This document shows, piece by piece, positions 35,571-47,825 of a stretch of 64,000 nt of DNA; the first letter of the stretch is position 1; every line of letters starts with the position of its first letter. Made by a program: the position numbers and the translations under genes. The notes beneath the pieces were generated by a model that was given only the letters and a program-made list of their open reading frames with translations, was not told the DNA's origin and made no database searches. The DNA is from Cyanophora paradoxa CCMP329 (lineage: Eukaryota > Plantae > Glaucophyta): NCBI GenBank assembly GCA_004431415.1, contig QPMI01000502.1, positions 62,001-126,000 of the forward strand, read 5' to 3'.

Positions 35571-38500
35571 ATGACGATCTCCCTGACCCCGCTTGGTGCG
35601 TCGCGCGCGGCCTCGTACGCGCCGGGCCAACTGGGGCGAGCGCTGCCGCAGGGGCGGGGCAAGACGTTGGCCGGAGCTGCATCCTGCTCGAGATCGGCGG
35701 GAAGCGCATCATGCTGGACTGCGGGATGCACCCCGGCTTCGAGGACGAGCGGCGCTTCCCGGACTTCAAGCACATCGCACCCGACGGAAACTACAACGCA
35801 AACCTCGACTGCATCATCCTCTCTCACTTGTGCGCGCGGCTGCCCGCCGCGCACGCGCCGCCTCACGCCGCGCAGCCACCTGGACCACTGCGGCGCGCTC
35901 CCCTACTTCACCGAAGTCTGCGGGTGCGCTGCTGCCCTTCGCTTCGCGCGAGTTCGCGCGCGCTCTGTGCACCGACGCCACTGCTGCCCTCCCGCAGCTT
36001 CGACGGGCCCGTCTACATGACCGTGAGCCAGCCGCGGCGCCCCACCCGGCCCGCCGAGCGCCCGGGCTCGCCGTGCCGACGCCGCCGCAGCACCCGACGA
36101 AGGCGGTGATACCGATCCTGCTGGAGGACTACAGGAAGATCACGGTGGACCGCCGTGGCGAGAAGGTGGAGAACTTCTTCACAAGCCAGCACATCAAGGA
36201 CCTCATGCGCAAGAGTCCGGCCCCGCCGCACCCCTCCGCCACCGCGCTCGCCGCCTCCCCCTGACTCCGGTGCGGCAGTCGTGACGGTGAACCTGCACCA
36301 GACGGTCAAGGTCGACGACAAGCTCGAGATCCGCGCCTACTACGCCGGCCACGCGCGCCCCGGCTCGGCCCGCGCCGCGCGCCACGTCCTAACGCGCCGG
36401 CAGGTGCTGGGCGCGGCGATGTTCTACGTGCGCGTCGGCGAGGAGTCGATCCTCTACACGGGGGACTACAACATGACACCGGACCGCCACCTCGGCGCCG
36501 CATCCTGCGAGAACGTGCGCTGTACCCCTGCCCAACGCTGCCCCCTTTGCCCTGATGTCGACCTCTCCCTAGCTGCGTCCCGACATCCTCATCACCGAGA
36601 GCACGTGCGCCGCCCGCGCCACGTACCCCCGAGAGCTCCCACCCCCCCTTTCTGAGCGCCGTACCCCCAGCTACGCGACGACGATCCGCGACTCGAAGCG
36701 CGTCCGCGAGCGCGACTTCCTGCGGCAGGCGCGCCGCCGCCTCCCCCGCGCCCCTCCCCGTACCCCCCCGCCCGCCCCGAGCCGGCGCGGCCGCCCAGGT
36801 GCACGATGCCGTGGAGCGCGGCGGCAAGGTCCTCATCCCCGTCTTTGCCCTCGGCAGGGCCCAGGTCCGCTCGCGCCGCCCCCGCAGCCTGCTCGGGCCC
36901 GACCGGCCGCGGGCGGCGCAGGAGCTGTGCATCCTGCTGGACACGTACTGGGAGCGCGTCGGCCTCACCGTCCCCATTTACTTCTCCGCCGGCCTCACCG
37001 AGAAGGTCCGGGGGGCGGGGGGCGCTGCTGCGGCGGCGGCGCGCCGCTCTGACGCCGCGCGCCGTCGCCGGGGCCGGGCAGGCGAACTACTACTACAAGC
37101 TCTTCATCAACTGGACGAACCAGAAGATCAAGCGAACGTTCGCGAAGGTACCGAGGGCGGAGGGCGGGGCAAGGGCGGGGACAGGGCCCCCTGACGCGTC
37201 TTCGGGGCGCAGCGGAACATGTTCGAGTTCACGCACATCCGGGCGGCGGACCGGGAGACGGTGAACCTGGAGCAGCCGGGGCCCTGCGTCCTCTTCGCCA
37301 CCCCGGGCATGCTCCACGCCGGCCAGTCCCTCGAGGTGCCCCCGCCCCGCCCCGCCCCGCCCCGCCCCGACCGCCCCGCCCTCGCCCTCTGCCGCCCGAC
37401 CGCCCCGCCCCCCGGCGCCGGCGGCAGATGTTCAAGCGGTGGGCCCCCGACGAGCGCAACCTCGTCATCATCCCGGGGTGCCCGCGCGCCCTCCATGGCC
37501 GGCCCCTCGCCTCGCCTCGGCCCCCCGCTGAGCTGGGGCAGGTACTGCGTGGTGGGGACGGTGGGGAACAAGGTGACGTCGGGAATGAAGGGCCCCGTGG
37601 AGATCGACCGGCGCACCACGGTCGACGTCCGCTGCACCGTCAAGCACCTCTCCTTCAGGTGCCCCGTCCCCTCGAGAGCGCCCCTCCGCCCCCCGCCGAC
37701 GCCGCGCCGGCAGCGCGCACGCCGACGCGAAGGGGATCATGCAGCTCATCAAGCAGGCCCGCCCCGCCCCGCCCCGCCCCGTCCCGGCTCAAGGGCGCTG
37801 GGGCAGGTGGACCCCGCGCACGTCTGCCTCGTCCACGGCGAGAAGGGCAAGATGTGCGGCCCCCGCCCCCCGCCCCGCCCCTCGGGCCGCCCCCCGAGGC
37901 CCCCCGCAGGCAGTTCCTGAAGCACCGCATCGTGCGCGAGTTCGGCGTCCCCTGCTTCGACCCCGCCAACCTCGCCACCGTGCCCCCCGCCCCGCCTCCG
38001 GCTCGCGCCGGCGCCGGGGCCCAGCGGGGCGGCAGGTGACGATCGAGGGGTCGGGGCGGACGCCCGTGCTGCTCTCGCGGGCCCTCCTCAAGCGGCCGGC
38101 CCCCGCGGGGCCCGCCCCCGGCGACTCCGACCAGGAAGACGACCCCGAGCCCGAGGCAGCGGCTGGGGCGGCGGTCGTGGCGGACGGCCCGGTGGCGGTG
38201 AAGCGCGAGGGGGACGGGGAGGAGGCGGAGGAGGCGGAGGCGCGGCGCAAGCGGCGGGAGGCGGCGCGGGCCGCCGCGCTGCGGGCCGCCGCGCCCCTCG
38301 AGCGCATCGAGGTGCAGGGCATCGTCGTCCGGCGCCCCGGCCAGGCGAGCCGCGCCGCGCCCCCTCCGCCTGCGTACCCCCGACGCAGCGCGCAGGAGCG
38401 GCCGCTCCTGCTCACCGAGGAGGAGGCGCTGGCGGAGCTCCGGCTACCCCCCCACGCCCTCCGCCTCTCGGCGCGCGTACCCCTGCCCTTCCGGACGGGG

Positions 38501-39017
38501 GGCGAGGACCCCGACGACGGCGTCCTCGTACCCTCCCCCGAGGAGACCCTCGACGTCCTCGCGGGCCACCTCGCCGAGTACCCCCCCTTCCTTCTTCCCC
38601 CTTCCCCGTTTCCACCCCTTGTCTAAAGCCCCGCAGGTCCGCCGAGGGCAAGGGTGCGATGCGGTACGAGCGGACGCGGGCGGGCATCGCGGCGCGGGAG
38701 GAGAGGTCGGGGGCGGGCCCCCCCGCGGTGCTTCTTACGATGGCGGGGCCGCTGGAGGCAGGCGGGGCGGCGGCGGTGCTTGCCTCGTGGGGCCCGGAGG
38801 CGGAGGGGGTGGCGGAGGGCGTGCTGGCGGCCGTGCGGGCGGCGCTCGCTGCGATGCACGCCTCCCTCACCCACGCCCACCACGACGTGCGCCCCCGCCC
38901 CCTCGCACAGCGGTACCCCGGGTCGGAAGGCTGACGGCGGGGCAGGCGCACGGCGGGGACGGGGCCGCCGGCCCGGGCGACGGCTGCCACGGCGGCGCCT
39001 GCGACTTCGAGATGTAG
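35571..39017 (+). CDS. INTS11: Integrator complex subunit 11 / CPSF73-II, copy B
   Basis: Same motifs as copy A; the MBL/beta-CASP core splices in frame across many short introns. Confidence 0.93.
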
Positions 39018-39159
39018 CGCGGATCGGATCCGGAGGCCTGGGGCTCAGGCCGGGTGCGAGGACAGCAGCAGGCTTAGGAGTAGGGTAGCGAAGGGTTTTC
39101 AGGCGCAGGCAGATCTAGTTTAATAACAATACACGGTACGTCTAGCTGGCGAGCGTGGT

Positions 39160-42100
39160 TCAGTGCATGCCGGGCGGGGGCGGGCCGTACATTGAGTGCG
39201 GCGCGGAGGAGTGGAGGGGGCCGGGGGCGGCGCCCGGGGCGGGAGGGACGGGGCCGGAGGCGGCCATAGCGGGGTACGGCCCCGCGGGCGGGGGGCCGGC
39301 CGGAGGCGCGGGCCCGGAGGCGGCCATCTGGGGGTACAGGGGCTGGGGAGGTGGCGCTTGGCGGGGGAGGGGCTGCGGGCGGCGTCAGAGCGGGGCGCAA
39401 GTGGACGTACGGCGAGGGGCGGACGGTGCGGCGGGCGTGCTTCATGTAGTCGACGAGCTGGCGCGGGATCTCGGCGAGGACGGCCCGCGTCAGGTCCGCC
39501 GGGTGCCGCCCCCGGAACTGCGAGAACGGCACGAACTGCGGGAAAGGCCGGCCCGAATCAGATTCAGAAAATAAAAAATTTCGGATTCGGCTTGAAGGGG
39601 CGCGCCTGGACGATGTCGCGGGCGGCCACGGCGTTGCCGGACCGGAGCAGCTTGTCGTCCGAGTCCAGCGCGTCCCTGCCCCGGTTCGAATTAGATCCGA
39701 TGATCGGACCGAAGCGCGGGGGAAGGGCCGGGGGGTGGGGTACATGGAGGAGAAGTCGGCGGAGCCGACGCCGACGATGACGACGGAGAGGGGCAGGGCG
39801 GAGGCGGCGACGAGCTCGTCCTTGGTGCGCTCCAGGTCGTTGATCTGGCCGTCCGTCAGGATCAGCAGGATGCTGTACTTCTGCGCCTGCGCCCCCCGCG
39901 TCAGCTTCCCGCTGCGCGCCCCGCGTCAGCTTCGCGGACCGCCTGGCTGGCGCCCTGGGCGGCGATGGCGGCGGCGGCCTTGATGGTCGGCGCGAAGTAC
40001 GTCGGGCCCGAGAGCGCCACCGACCGCAGCGCCTGCCCCGCCCCGCCCCGCCGCCGCGTCAGAGGGCGCGCGTGGCGGGCCGGGGGTCGAGGCCTCGCCT
40101 GGTGGTAGGCGTCGAGGATGCCCTGGATGCCCTGCACCTCCGCCGCCGCCGGGTTCCCGTTCAGCGCGAAGCAGTGCGACGTCTGCCCTGCGCGCCGGCG
40201 CCCCGCGGGGCGGGGTTCGGGGCGCGGCGGGGCCGACGGCGCCCGTCGCGCGGCTGCGGACCCGAGGGGAGCTGCCCGCCGAAGCCGTAGGCGGGGTACT
40301 GGTGGTCGCTGTCGTAGAAGTCTGCGCGCGCGGGGCCCTCAGCGGGGGCCGGGGAAAGGAGGCTGATGTGCGCCGCCGCCCACCCAGGATGCTGCCGACG
40401 GCTGCGAGGAAAAGGACGGCTCAGGCGCGCCTCCGCGAAAAGAGAAGGGAGGGGAAGGGGAGGCGGGGGGTACCGGTGATGGCCTGCTCGTACTCGTTCG
40501 GCACCGCCGGGCTGGCCCCGCCCCCTCAGGCCGGGCGGGACAGAGCAGGGGCCGGCCGGGCCGGGTGGGGCGGGGCGGGAGAGGGGAAGGGGGGCGGGGC
40601 GCGCGCACTTGCCGCAGAAGTGGAGGGAGTCCGGGCTCCGCGGGTCCCCGTTGCTCCCCGTGAAGTCTGCGCCCGGTGAGATCGGCGGGGCGGCGCGAGA
40701 GAGGGGAGGAGAGGGGGCGGGCCGATGGCGACGAGGAGGGAGATCTCGCAGCCGCCCGCCACGAAGTCCAGGAATGTGAAGCTCCGCTCCACCGACACCG
40801 AGTTCACGTGCACCCGCCCGCTCTCCCTGGCCCGCCCCCGTCAGCGGAATGGGGCCCGAGCGGCGCGGGGCGCGCGGGGCACCGGTAGTCGGGCTTCTTG
40901 GCGGCCTTCTTGGGGTCGACGAGGGGCAGGCCCTCCCGCGGGAACTCCAGCAGCTGCCGCGCCGTCGTCTGCCGCGGAGCGCGAGTCAGCAGGTGGGCGA
41001 TGCGGAGGGGGAAGGGGCGGCGCGCCGTGCAGGCGCCGATGAAGTCGTGGGCGCCGACCGAGTCGTAGTCGAAGACCTCGATCTTGAGCGGGCGGTCGAG
41101 CTCCCCGTTGCACAGCTTCCCCATCCTGCCCGCCCGCTTGGGGCGCGGGGAGAGGGAGGGGAGGGGCGGGGGCGGACGTGAGGGTCTGGGGGGCCCAGAC
41201 GAGGTCGGTCTTGCTGGAGACCCACTCGGACTTGAGGACGGGCACGAAGCCGCCCCCGCCCTCCCGCGAGAGCACGTAGTACGGGTCCGACTTCCCCAGC
41301 CCGAAGAAGTCCTGCGGGCGGGGGGCGGGGTCGGCCGGGGTACGGGGCTGCGGGGGAGGGGGGGCCGGCGGACCTTCTTGGCGAGGTGGCGGCCCTCGAG
41401 GACGAGCCGCATGATGTCGTTCGCGGTACCCCCCTCCTTGATCTGCCGGGGGGGGGGGGGGAGATGGTCAGCGGGGGCACGCGGGGGGCCGAGCGCCGCG
41501 CCGCGCGCCTCCTCCGCGGTGACTGTGATCAATCCGAGGTTCGTGTTGGGTCTCGAAGGATTCCTGCCGGGAAGGGGGGTACGTGAGCTGGGGTGGCCCT
41601 GGCGCGGGGGTACGCGGGGGGCGCGCTTGAGGGGCCGGGAGATGGTGTTGCCGCGGGCGCCGACGATCTCGCCGAGGCAGGTCTCGAGCTGGCCCTGGAA
41701 GTCCTGCGAGTCGAGGCTGGCCGACTTCGAGTCCACGTCGTAGACCGCGAAGCGCAGGTCCTGCTTGACCTCGAAGAGGAAGTCCATCTCCACGCTCTTC
41801 ACGAACTTCGGGTTCTGGTTGTCCCAGATCGTCTCCGTCCGCCCCACCTCGAACCAGCGCGCGTCCCCCGGCAGCTTGGAGAAGACGACGCACATCGGCT
41901 GCCGCGGCGTCAGGCCCAGAGACGGCACGAACACGCTAGCTAGCTTAGAGCGCCTATAGCTGGAATGTGCTCACGTCCGACTTGGAAGTGAGGTCCATCC
42001 GCTTCAGTTGGCTGCAAGAGATGCGGAGCTCGACCCGCGAACTGAGCCGAAGCGTCAGAGGGACCGATTCAGTTGCTCTTTCTTGAGCGCTGCAAGAGTA

Positions 42101-42172
42101 TTTCTCGGCCTCGCTCGGGACGGCGCACCGCAGGGGGTCCTTAATGCCAGGGTGGCCCGGAGGGTGCGCCAT
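39160..42172 (-). CDS. Copine, copy B
   Basis: ATG 42172; C2A, C2B and vWA motifs as in copy A; ends ...SMYGPPPPGMH stop 39160. Confidence 0.9.
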
Positions 42173-42510
42173 TCCGCGACGTTCGACGCCTCGTGCGCTA
42201 GTGCTGGTGCGCGGCGCCTAGAGAACTGGCAGCCGCTCGAACGCTGTGCCAGATGTCGTTGGTCGTGTCTGAAATGCACGTACCGCTGGGGGGCCGGCTC
42301 TGCGTGCGCCGTGTCGATGTTGTCACGCCCGGAGCTCCGACACGATGTTGTCGAGCCCGGCGCTCCGGCACAGATCTAGAGGACCCTCGCCGACACGGTC
42401 CCTGTACCCCTGAGAAGCGATTGGCGCTCGCCATACGGGTCGATGCGGAGTGCATGGTAGCTAGGGAGCGCTGTAGCTAACGAATACAAGCGATAGAGAA
42501 GCTTTCAGCG

Positions 42511-44839
42511 ATGCGCGCGGCAGTCACAACGTCGCCGTGCCGGTCTCTCGCGCTCGTTCGCTGGCGCCACGATGGCGCGCAAGGATTCTTGAGAGACAGC
42601 CGGAGCGACCGCAGCGGCTGGAGGGAAGCGCGGTGGGGCTCGAGACCCGATCGGCGGGGAGCGGGGCGGCGCGAGCGAGACGCGCCGTTCGCGGACCGCT
42701 CGAAGTTCGTCTCCGAGCTCGCGCGCAAGAGCGCGCTCTTCGTGCCGTGCCCGCCGGGGCTCGAGGCCGTCCTCGAGCGCGAGATACGCGAGATCGGCGT
42801 CGACTATGAGTTGAAGCCGGCGGCGTACCGGCGAGGTGTGTACGTGCAGGTCCCGGGTGCCGTCCCGGGGGACCTCGTGCGATCGGAGGCCACGCGGGAG
42901 GGCCAGGAGTCCCTGCGCCGCGCCATCGTCGACCTCAACGTGCGCCGAGGGTCCCGCGCTGCGCCCGCGCGCGAGCTGCGCTAACGCTGCTCGCGCAGCT
43001 GCGGCTGAGGGTGGCGACGCGGGTCCTCGTTCCGCTGCGGAAGCCCTTTCCCATCACGGACGTGCGATCCCTCTACGCACAGGTGCGCAGGCGCCCGCCG
43101 CGGGCGCGGCCTGCAGCGTTGCGGTCCTTGGGCGCCGGCGGCGATTCGATCGTGCGGTTCAGGTGCAGAGGATCGACTGGTGGCCGCTCTTCGACCGGGG
43201 TGCGAGCGACGGGCCGTCCCGCGGCGGGGGCCGCCTCCGCACCCTCGCCGTCCGCGCGGCGGTTTACAACAACGACGCGTTCATCAACGACATGGTACCC
43301 CCGCACGCCGCGCCCTCTGCTTCGTTCCCTCCTCCTCACCCCGCCCGCAGTACGCCGCTCAGGTCTGCAAGGACGCCATCGTTGACCAGGCGCGCAGGCT
43401 AGGGCTACCCGCTTTCGTGCACCCCGACCCACCCATTTCTTCCCGCTAAGGAGCCGGCAGCTGCGGAGCCACGCGGGGGAGAGGCCGGACGTGGACAAGG
43501 AGGACCCTGAGGTGCCGTGTACCCCCCTCCCCCCGCGCGGATTGGGCCGACATCTCTGCCGGTACCCCGCAGGTGTCGGTGGATCTCTTCGTGGACGGGC
43601 GCACGGCCGTCCTGAGCCTCGACACGTCGGGGGAGCCCCTGTTCAAGCGGGGGTACAGGTGAGGCCCCGGTCGCCCGCCCGCGCCGGCGGCGGGCGCGTG
43701 ATCTGTGGGGGCGGGGGCAGGGTGCAGCGGGGGGAGGCGCCCCTGCAGGAGTCGCTGGCGGCGGGCCTGCTGATGCTGGCGCGCTACGCCGGGGCCGGCG
43801 AGCTCCTCTGCGACCCCATGTGCGGGTGCGCGCCACGGGCTGGGCCGGGGCGGGGCCGGGCGGGGCGGGGCGGGCGGACGCCGACCGCCACGTGGACGCT
43901 CAGGTCGGGGACGATCCTGGTGGAGGCGGCGATGATGGCGACGCGCACGCCCCCCAGCGCCCTCCGCTCCCGTTGGGCCTTCGAGTGCGCCCCGCGCGCC
44001 CCGGACTCACAGGCGGCCGGCTGACCTCTGCGCCGGCCAGGGCCATCCCGGGGTACACGCCGGGCCTTCTGGAGCGGGCGCGCGCCGAGGCGGGGGCGAA
44101 GAGGGACCCGGGGGCGCTGGGGGCGGGGCCCGAGGCGCGGATCATGGGCGCGGACGCCTCGAAGGAGATGGTGGAGGCGGCGCGCGCCAACCTGCGCGCC
44201 GCCGGCTTCGGTCCCCAGCTCGACTCCGGCGGTTCGTGCCGCAGCGTCCCGCGTTTGCCCGTGCTGATGGCCGGGGGCGCATGCGCAGCGGTGCGGGTGG
44301 AGCGGGCGAAGCTGGAGGAATACCAGCCGCGGCCGCCGCCCGACCTGGTGCTGACGAACCCGCCGTACGGGCTGCGCATGGGGCCCGGCGAGGCGGCGGC
44401 GGCGGGGGCGGGCGGCTTCGGGCGGGGCCTGGAGACGCGGCGCGGGGCCGGGGCGGAGGAGGACCTCCCCGCCCTCTACAAGCAGCTCGGCGACTTCCTC
44501 AAGCAACGCACCGCCAAGCGTCCGCCCGCCCCGGCCCCGGCCCCGGGCGCCCCCGCCGGCGCCCCTGGTCCGACCTTCTCGGCAGGGGAGGGGTTGGAGA
44601 CGCGGGGGTGCGTCTTCGTGGGGGAGCTTGTGGCCGCGAAGTGGGTGGGCCTGCGCTCGAGCCGCCGCCACGAGCTGATCCAGGGCGGCCTCGAGGCGCG
44701 CCTCCTCGAGTTCCCCCTCTACGAGGGCAGCCGCAAGCCCTGGCGCGCGGGGCGCGGCCCCCCCGCACCCGAGGCCCCTGCAGGCAGCGCGGCGGCGCCG
44801 GAGGAGGCCGGGCAAGAGGGCGGCGAGCAGGGGAGATGA
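42511..44839 (+). CDS. RlmL-like THUMP methyltransferase, copy B
   Basis: Duplicate with better frames; DPMCGSGT and NPPYG motifs. Confidence 0.88.
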
Positions 44840-45004
44840 AAACGCTCCTGAATTCCGCAATGGACACCCACTATTCTGCAAGCTGCTGCGAATGCATGCA
44901 CAAACAAAAAGGAATGAAAAGGGCTCTGCGCGCGTTGAAAGGAAACAAAAGGGGGGCGGGCCCGGGGCCGGGGCGGAAAAAGAACCCCAAGAAGGGGCGG
45001 GGGC

Positions 45005-46068
45005 TCAGAGGCCCGGGCAGGCCACGGAGAGGAGGCAGTGCGCCGCCGTGAAGGTGGAAGGGGAGGTGAGGCTGGCGGCGCGCTCGACGGCGGCCCGAGC
45101 GGGGCTGCCCGCCGGCCCGTGCGCCTCCGTGCCCGTGCTCGCCGCGCGCAGCAGCACCTGCAGCTCCGCCGTCGCGGGGCACGCCGCCGGCTTGTTCGGG
45201 TTGAAGCGGAGGGCCTTCGACGCGAGGGTCGGGCGGCTGCCCGGCCTCGCTTCCGGTCGAAGCGGGGACGTGGAGGAGAGGGGCTCGAAGCGGGGTACGG
45301 GCTGTGCAGGGCGGCGGTGGGCGAGGGAGCTGCCGACCGAGGAGGCGAGGGAGCCGGAGGATGAGGAGGAGCAGGAGGAGGGCGGAGGCGCGTCGCTGTC
45401 GCCTTCCTCAGAGCTCGCTGCGCTGCTGCCGCTGCCGAGGACGACTTGATCCACGAACGCCTGCGACGGGAGGCGGAGCCAAGCGTGGATGGGCTTGGAA
45501 AACATCGCCTGCTCGCGCGGGAAATCCAGATTCTCGTCAGCGCGCTCGCTTTGGGGCGGGAAATGAAGTTATACGCTCATTCCGCGCATGCTTAAACGTC
45601 GTGGAGGCGAGGCGGGAAGCGGGGGCCGCTCACCGCGAGCTTCTCCTTGTCGCTTGAAACGCTGCGGCGGGCGCGAACCCTTCAGAGCGCGGAAACGCAT
45701 TTCAAACCGCCCCTGGGCACCTATCCTTCAATTCCGCGCAGGAACTCGTCGCCGTCAAGGAAAACGAGCTGTCGGCGGGTACTGGCCTGGTGACCTCGCT
45801 CAAGAGAGAGTGCAAATCGATAGAGACACGAAGTTTGTCGATGCTGTAGCTGGCGCGGCGCGATCCCCCTGCGTGTGCGGCTTGAATTTGACAGGAGTGG
45901 TTTGGCGGGGGCGGGAACTCCGCGAGGGAGCGACGCTGGGAGCGAACCTCGGCCGGTGGTTGTCCAGCGATCGTCCCTTTCTTCGCGCCGGCCTGCGGAG
46001 CCGCCGCCCACCCGCCTCCTCTTGCGAGAAAGGTAGGACCGTGCAATTGCCACGGACTCCTTCGTCAT
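45005..46068 (-). CDS. Hypothetical Ser-rich protein, copy B
   Basis: Duplicate of 23199-24251. Confidence 0.4.
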
Positions 46069-46249
46069 GCTGCAGCGCTTCCTGAACGTTATTACGAAGC
46101 CGCGCAGCTATGCTGATTGAAGGAGTGGTGCAGCCGCGCTACGAATCAAAGAGACGTGGTCGCCGATCGAAGGGTGCTGTACCACTGGGACTGACCGGTA
46201 CCCCCTTGAAACCTGAACGGCTCTCTAAAACCAACCCCAAACCGAAAGT

Positions 46250-47469
46250 ATGGACATGGAGCTTGACGACAGCACACCCGTCTCGTTCGCAGTGGCTCGG
46301 AGACGCGCACGCGACGACCGCGAGGACGCCGACTCCGAGAACGGCGGGGCCTCGAGCTCCAACGCGCTCGCACGCACGGGGACTGTAACCGGTCGCTCGG
46401 CGGCAGCGTTGCCAGCAGCGCCCTTGAAGTCAGGACGTCAGGCCGCTTCGCCCGTGGGCGGTGCGTCGCGCGACAGCAAAATCTAGTAACCGCCGTCGTC
46501 CGCCGCGCACTCACCGGCTCCGTGGACCACGCACGGGCCCTGGGGGGCTTATTCACGCTTCTTCAGGCCGTTCGAGAGCGCCCACGAGCCTCCGTTCCGC
46601 GTTCGAGGCTGGTGGACTGAAGGGACTCGACGCGAAGGTGGGGTTCAAGCGCCCCCGCCCGCGCGCTGCGTCCCCGATGCGACGCGGCGCGCGCAGGAGG
46701 ACGATAGCGCTCTTCAACGCCGCCTCGAGGAGTCGGAGCGCGAGATCTCGAGCCTGCGGCGCCAGAACGCGACCCTCGAGGCAGAGGCGCGGCAGTTGCG
46801 CGCGAACGCCGACGACGTCATCGCGGGGAATGAGGACCTCAAAAGCCAGGTCACTCAACTGCGCCTCGAGTACAGGTGCGGCTTCGGCTTCGGTTGTTCA
46901 GGCGAACGCTCAGGTCGTCCCGGGCTCACTGTCCACGGGCCCGCAGGTACCTCGAGGAGGAGACCGAGCAGGAGCGGATGGACGCGGCGATGAGCGTTAA
47001 CACGCTCGAATCAGAGAAGGCCGGCGTCGAGCGCAACCTGCGGCTCTGCCAGGAGGAGCTCGTGGCGGCGACGCGCGCCCTGGAGACGTCCCGCGAGGAG
47101 GCGGCGCGGCTGAAGCGGGAGCTGGACGCGGCGGCATGCACGGAGGCGCGGCTAAGGGAGATGGGCCCAGCGGAGCTGCGCGCGCTGGCCCGCTCCTGCT
47201 CGGAGCGCTCCGCCAAGGCCCTCGCCCTCGCCGAGGAGAAGGAGGCGGAGGCGAGCGCCTGCGAGATCTGCCGCGACGCCCGCAAGCGCTCCCTCCTCGT
47301 CCCCTGCCTCCACATGGTCCGCCCGACCCGCGCTCCGCTACGCCGAGCACGACCGCGCGAGTCGCCCTGACCCCCGCCCCTGCAGACGTGCGGGGAGTGC
47401 GCCGCCAAGCTCTCCACGTGCCCCTTCTGCAACGCCCGCGTCGAGTCCCGCAAAGCCCTCGACATCTGA
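46250..47469 (+). CDS. Coiled-coil C3HC4 RING protein, copy B
   Basis: Intact CEIC...PCLH...CGEC...CPFC. Confidence 0.82.
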
Positions 47470-47825
47470 AAGCAGCCGCTTTCGATCTTCCGAGGATTTC
47501 TCTAGCCAGCTGTATACGTAGGCTGCCGGCCGGGCCAGTGCTGGCCCGGCTGGACCCCTTTCGATGGTGCCCGCCCCTGACCTCGGGCGGGACGCTTTCG
47601 CGTGCCTCCTTGCCAGCTAGGGGCCCGCGCCGCCCGCGCGGGGCCCCTTCCAAGTTCTCCAAGCTAGCCCGTCATCTTCGAGCAAGCGTGTCTGTATCTG
47701 AAAGTGCATACTTGATTCCTACAAACGCGTTCCCGGGATGAAACCTACTTTCTAAACAGAAAATAACGGCCTGAATGGAAGTCTAGCGCTAGCAGCCTGG
47801 CAGCTTTCGGCGGACGGGTCTAAAT

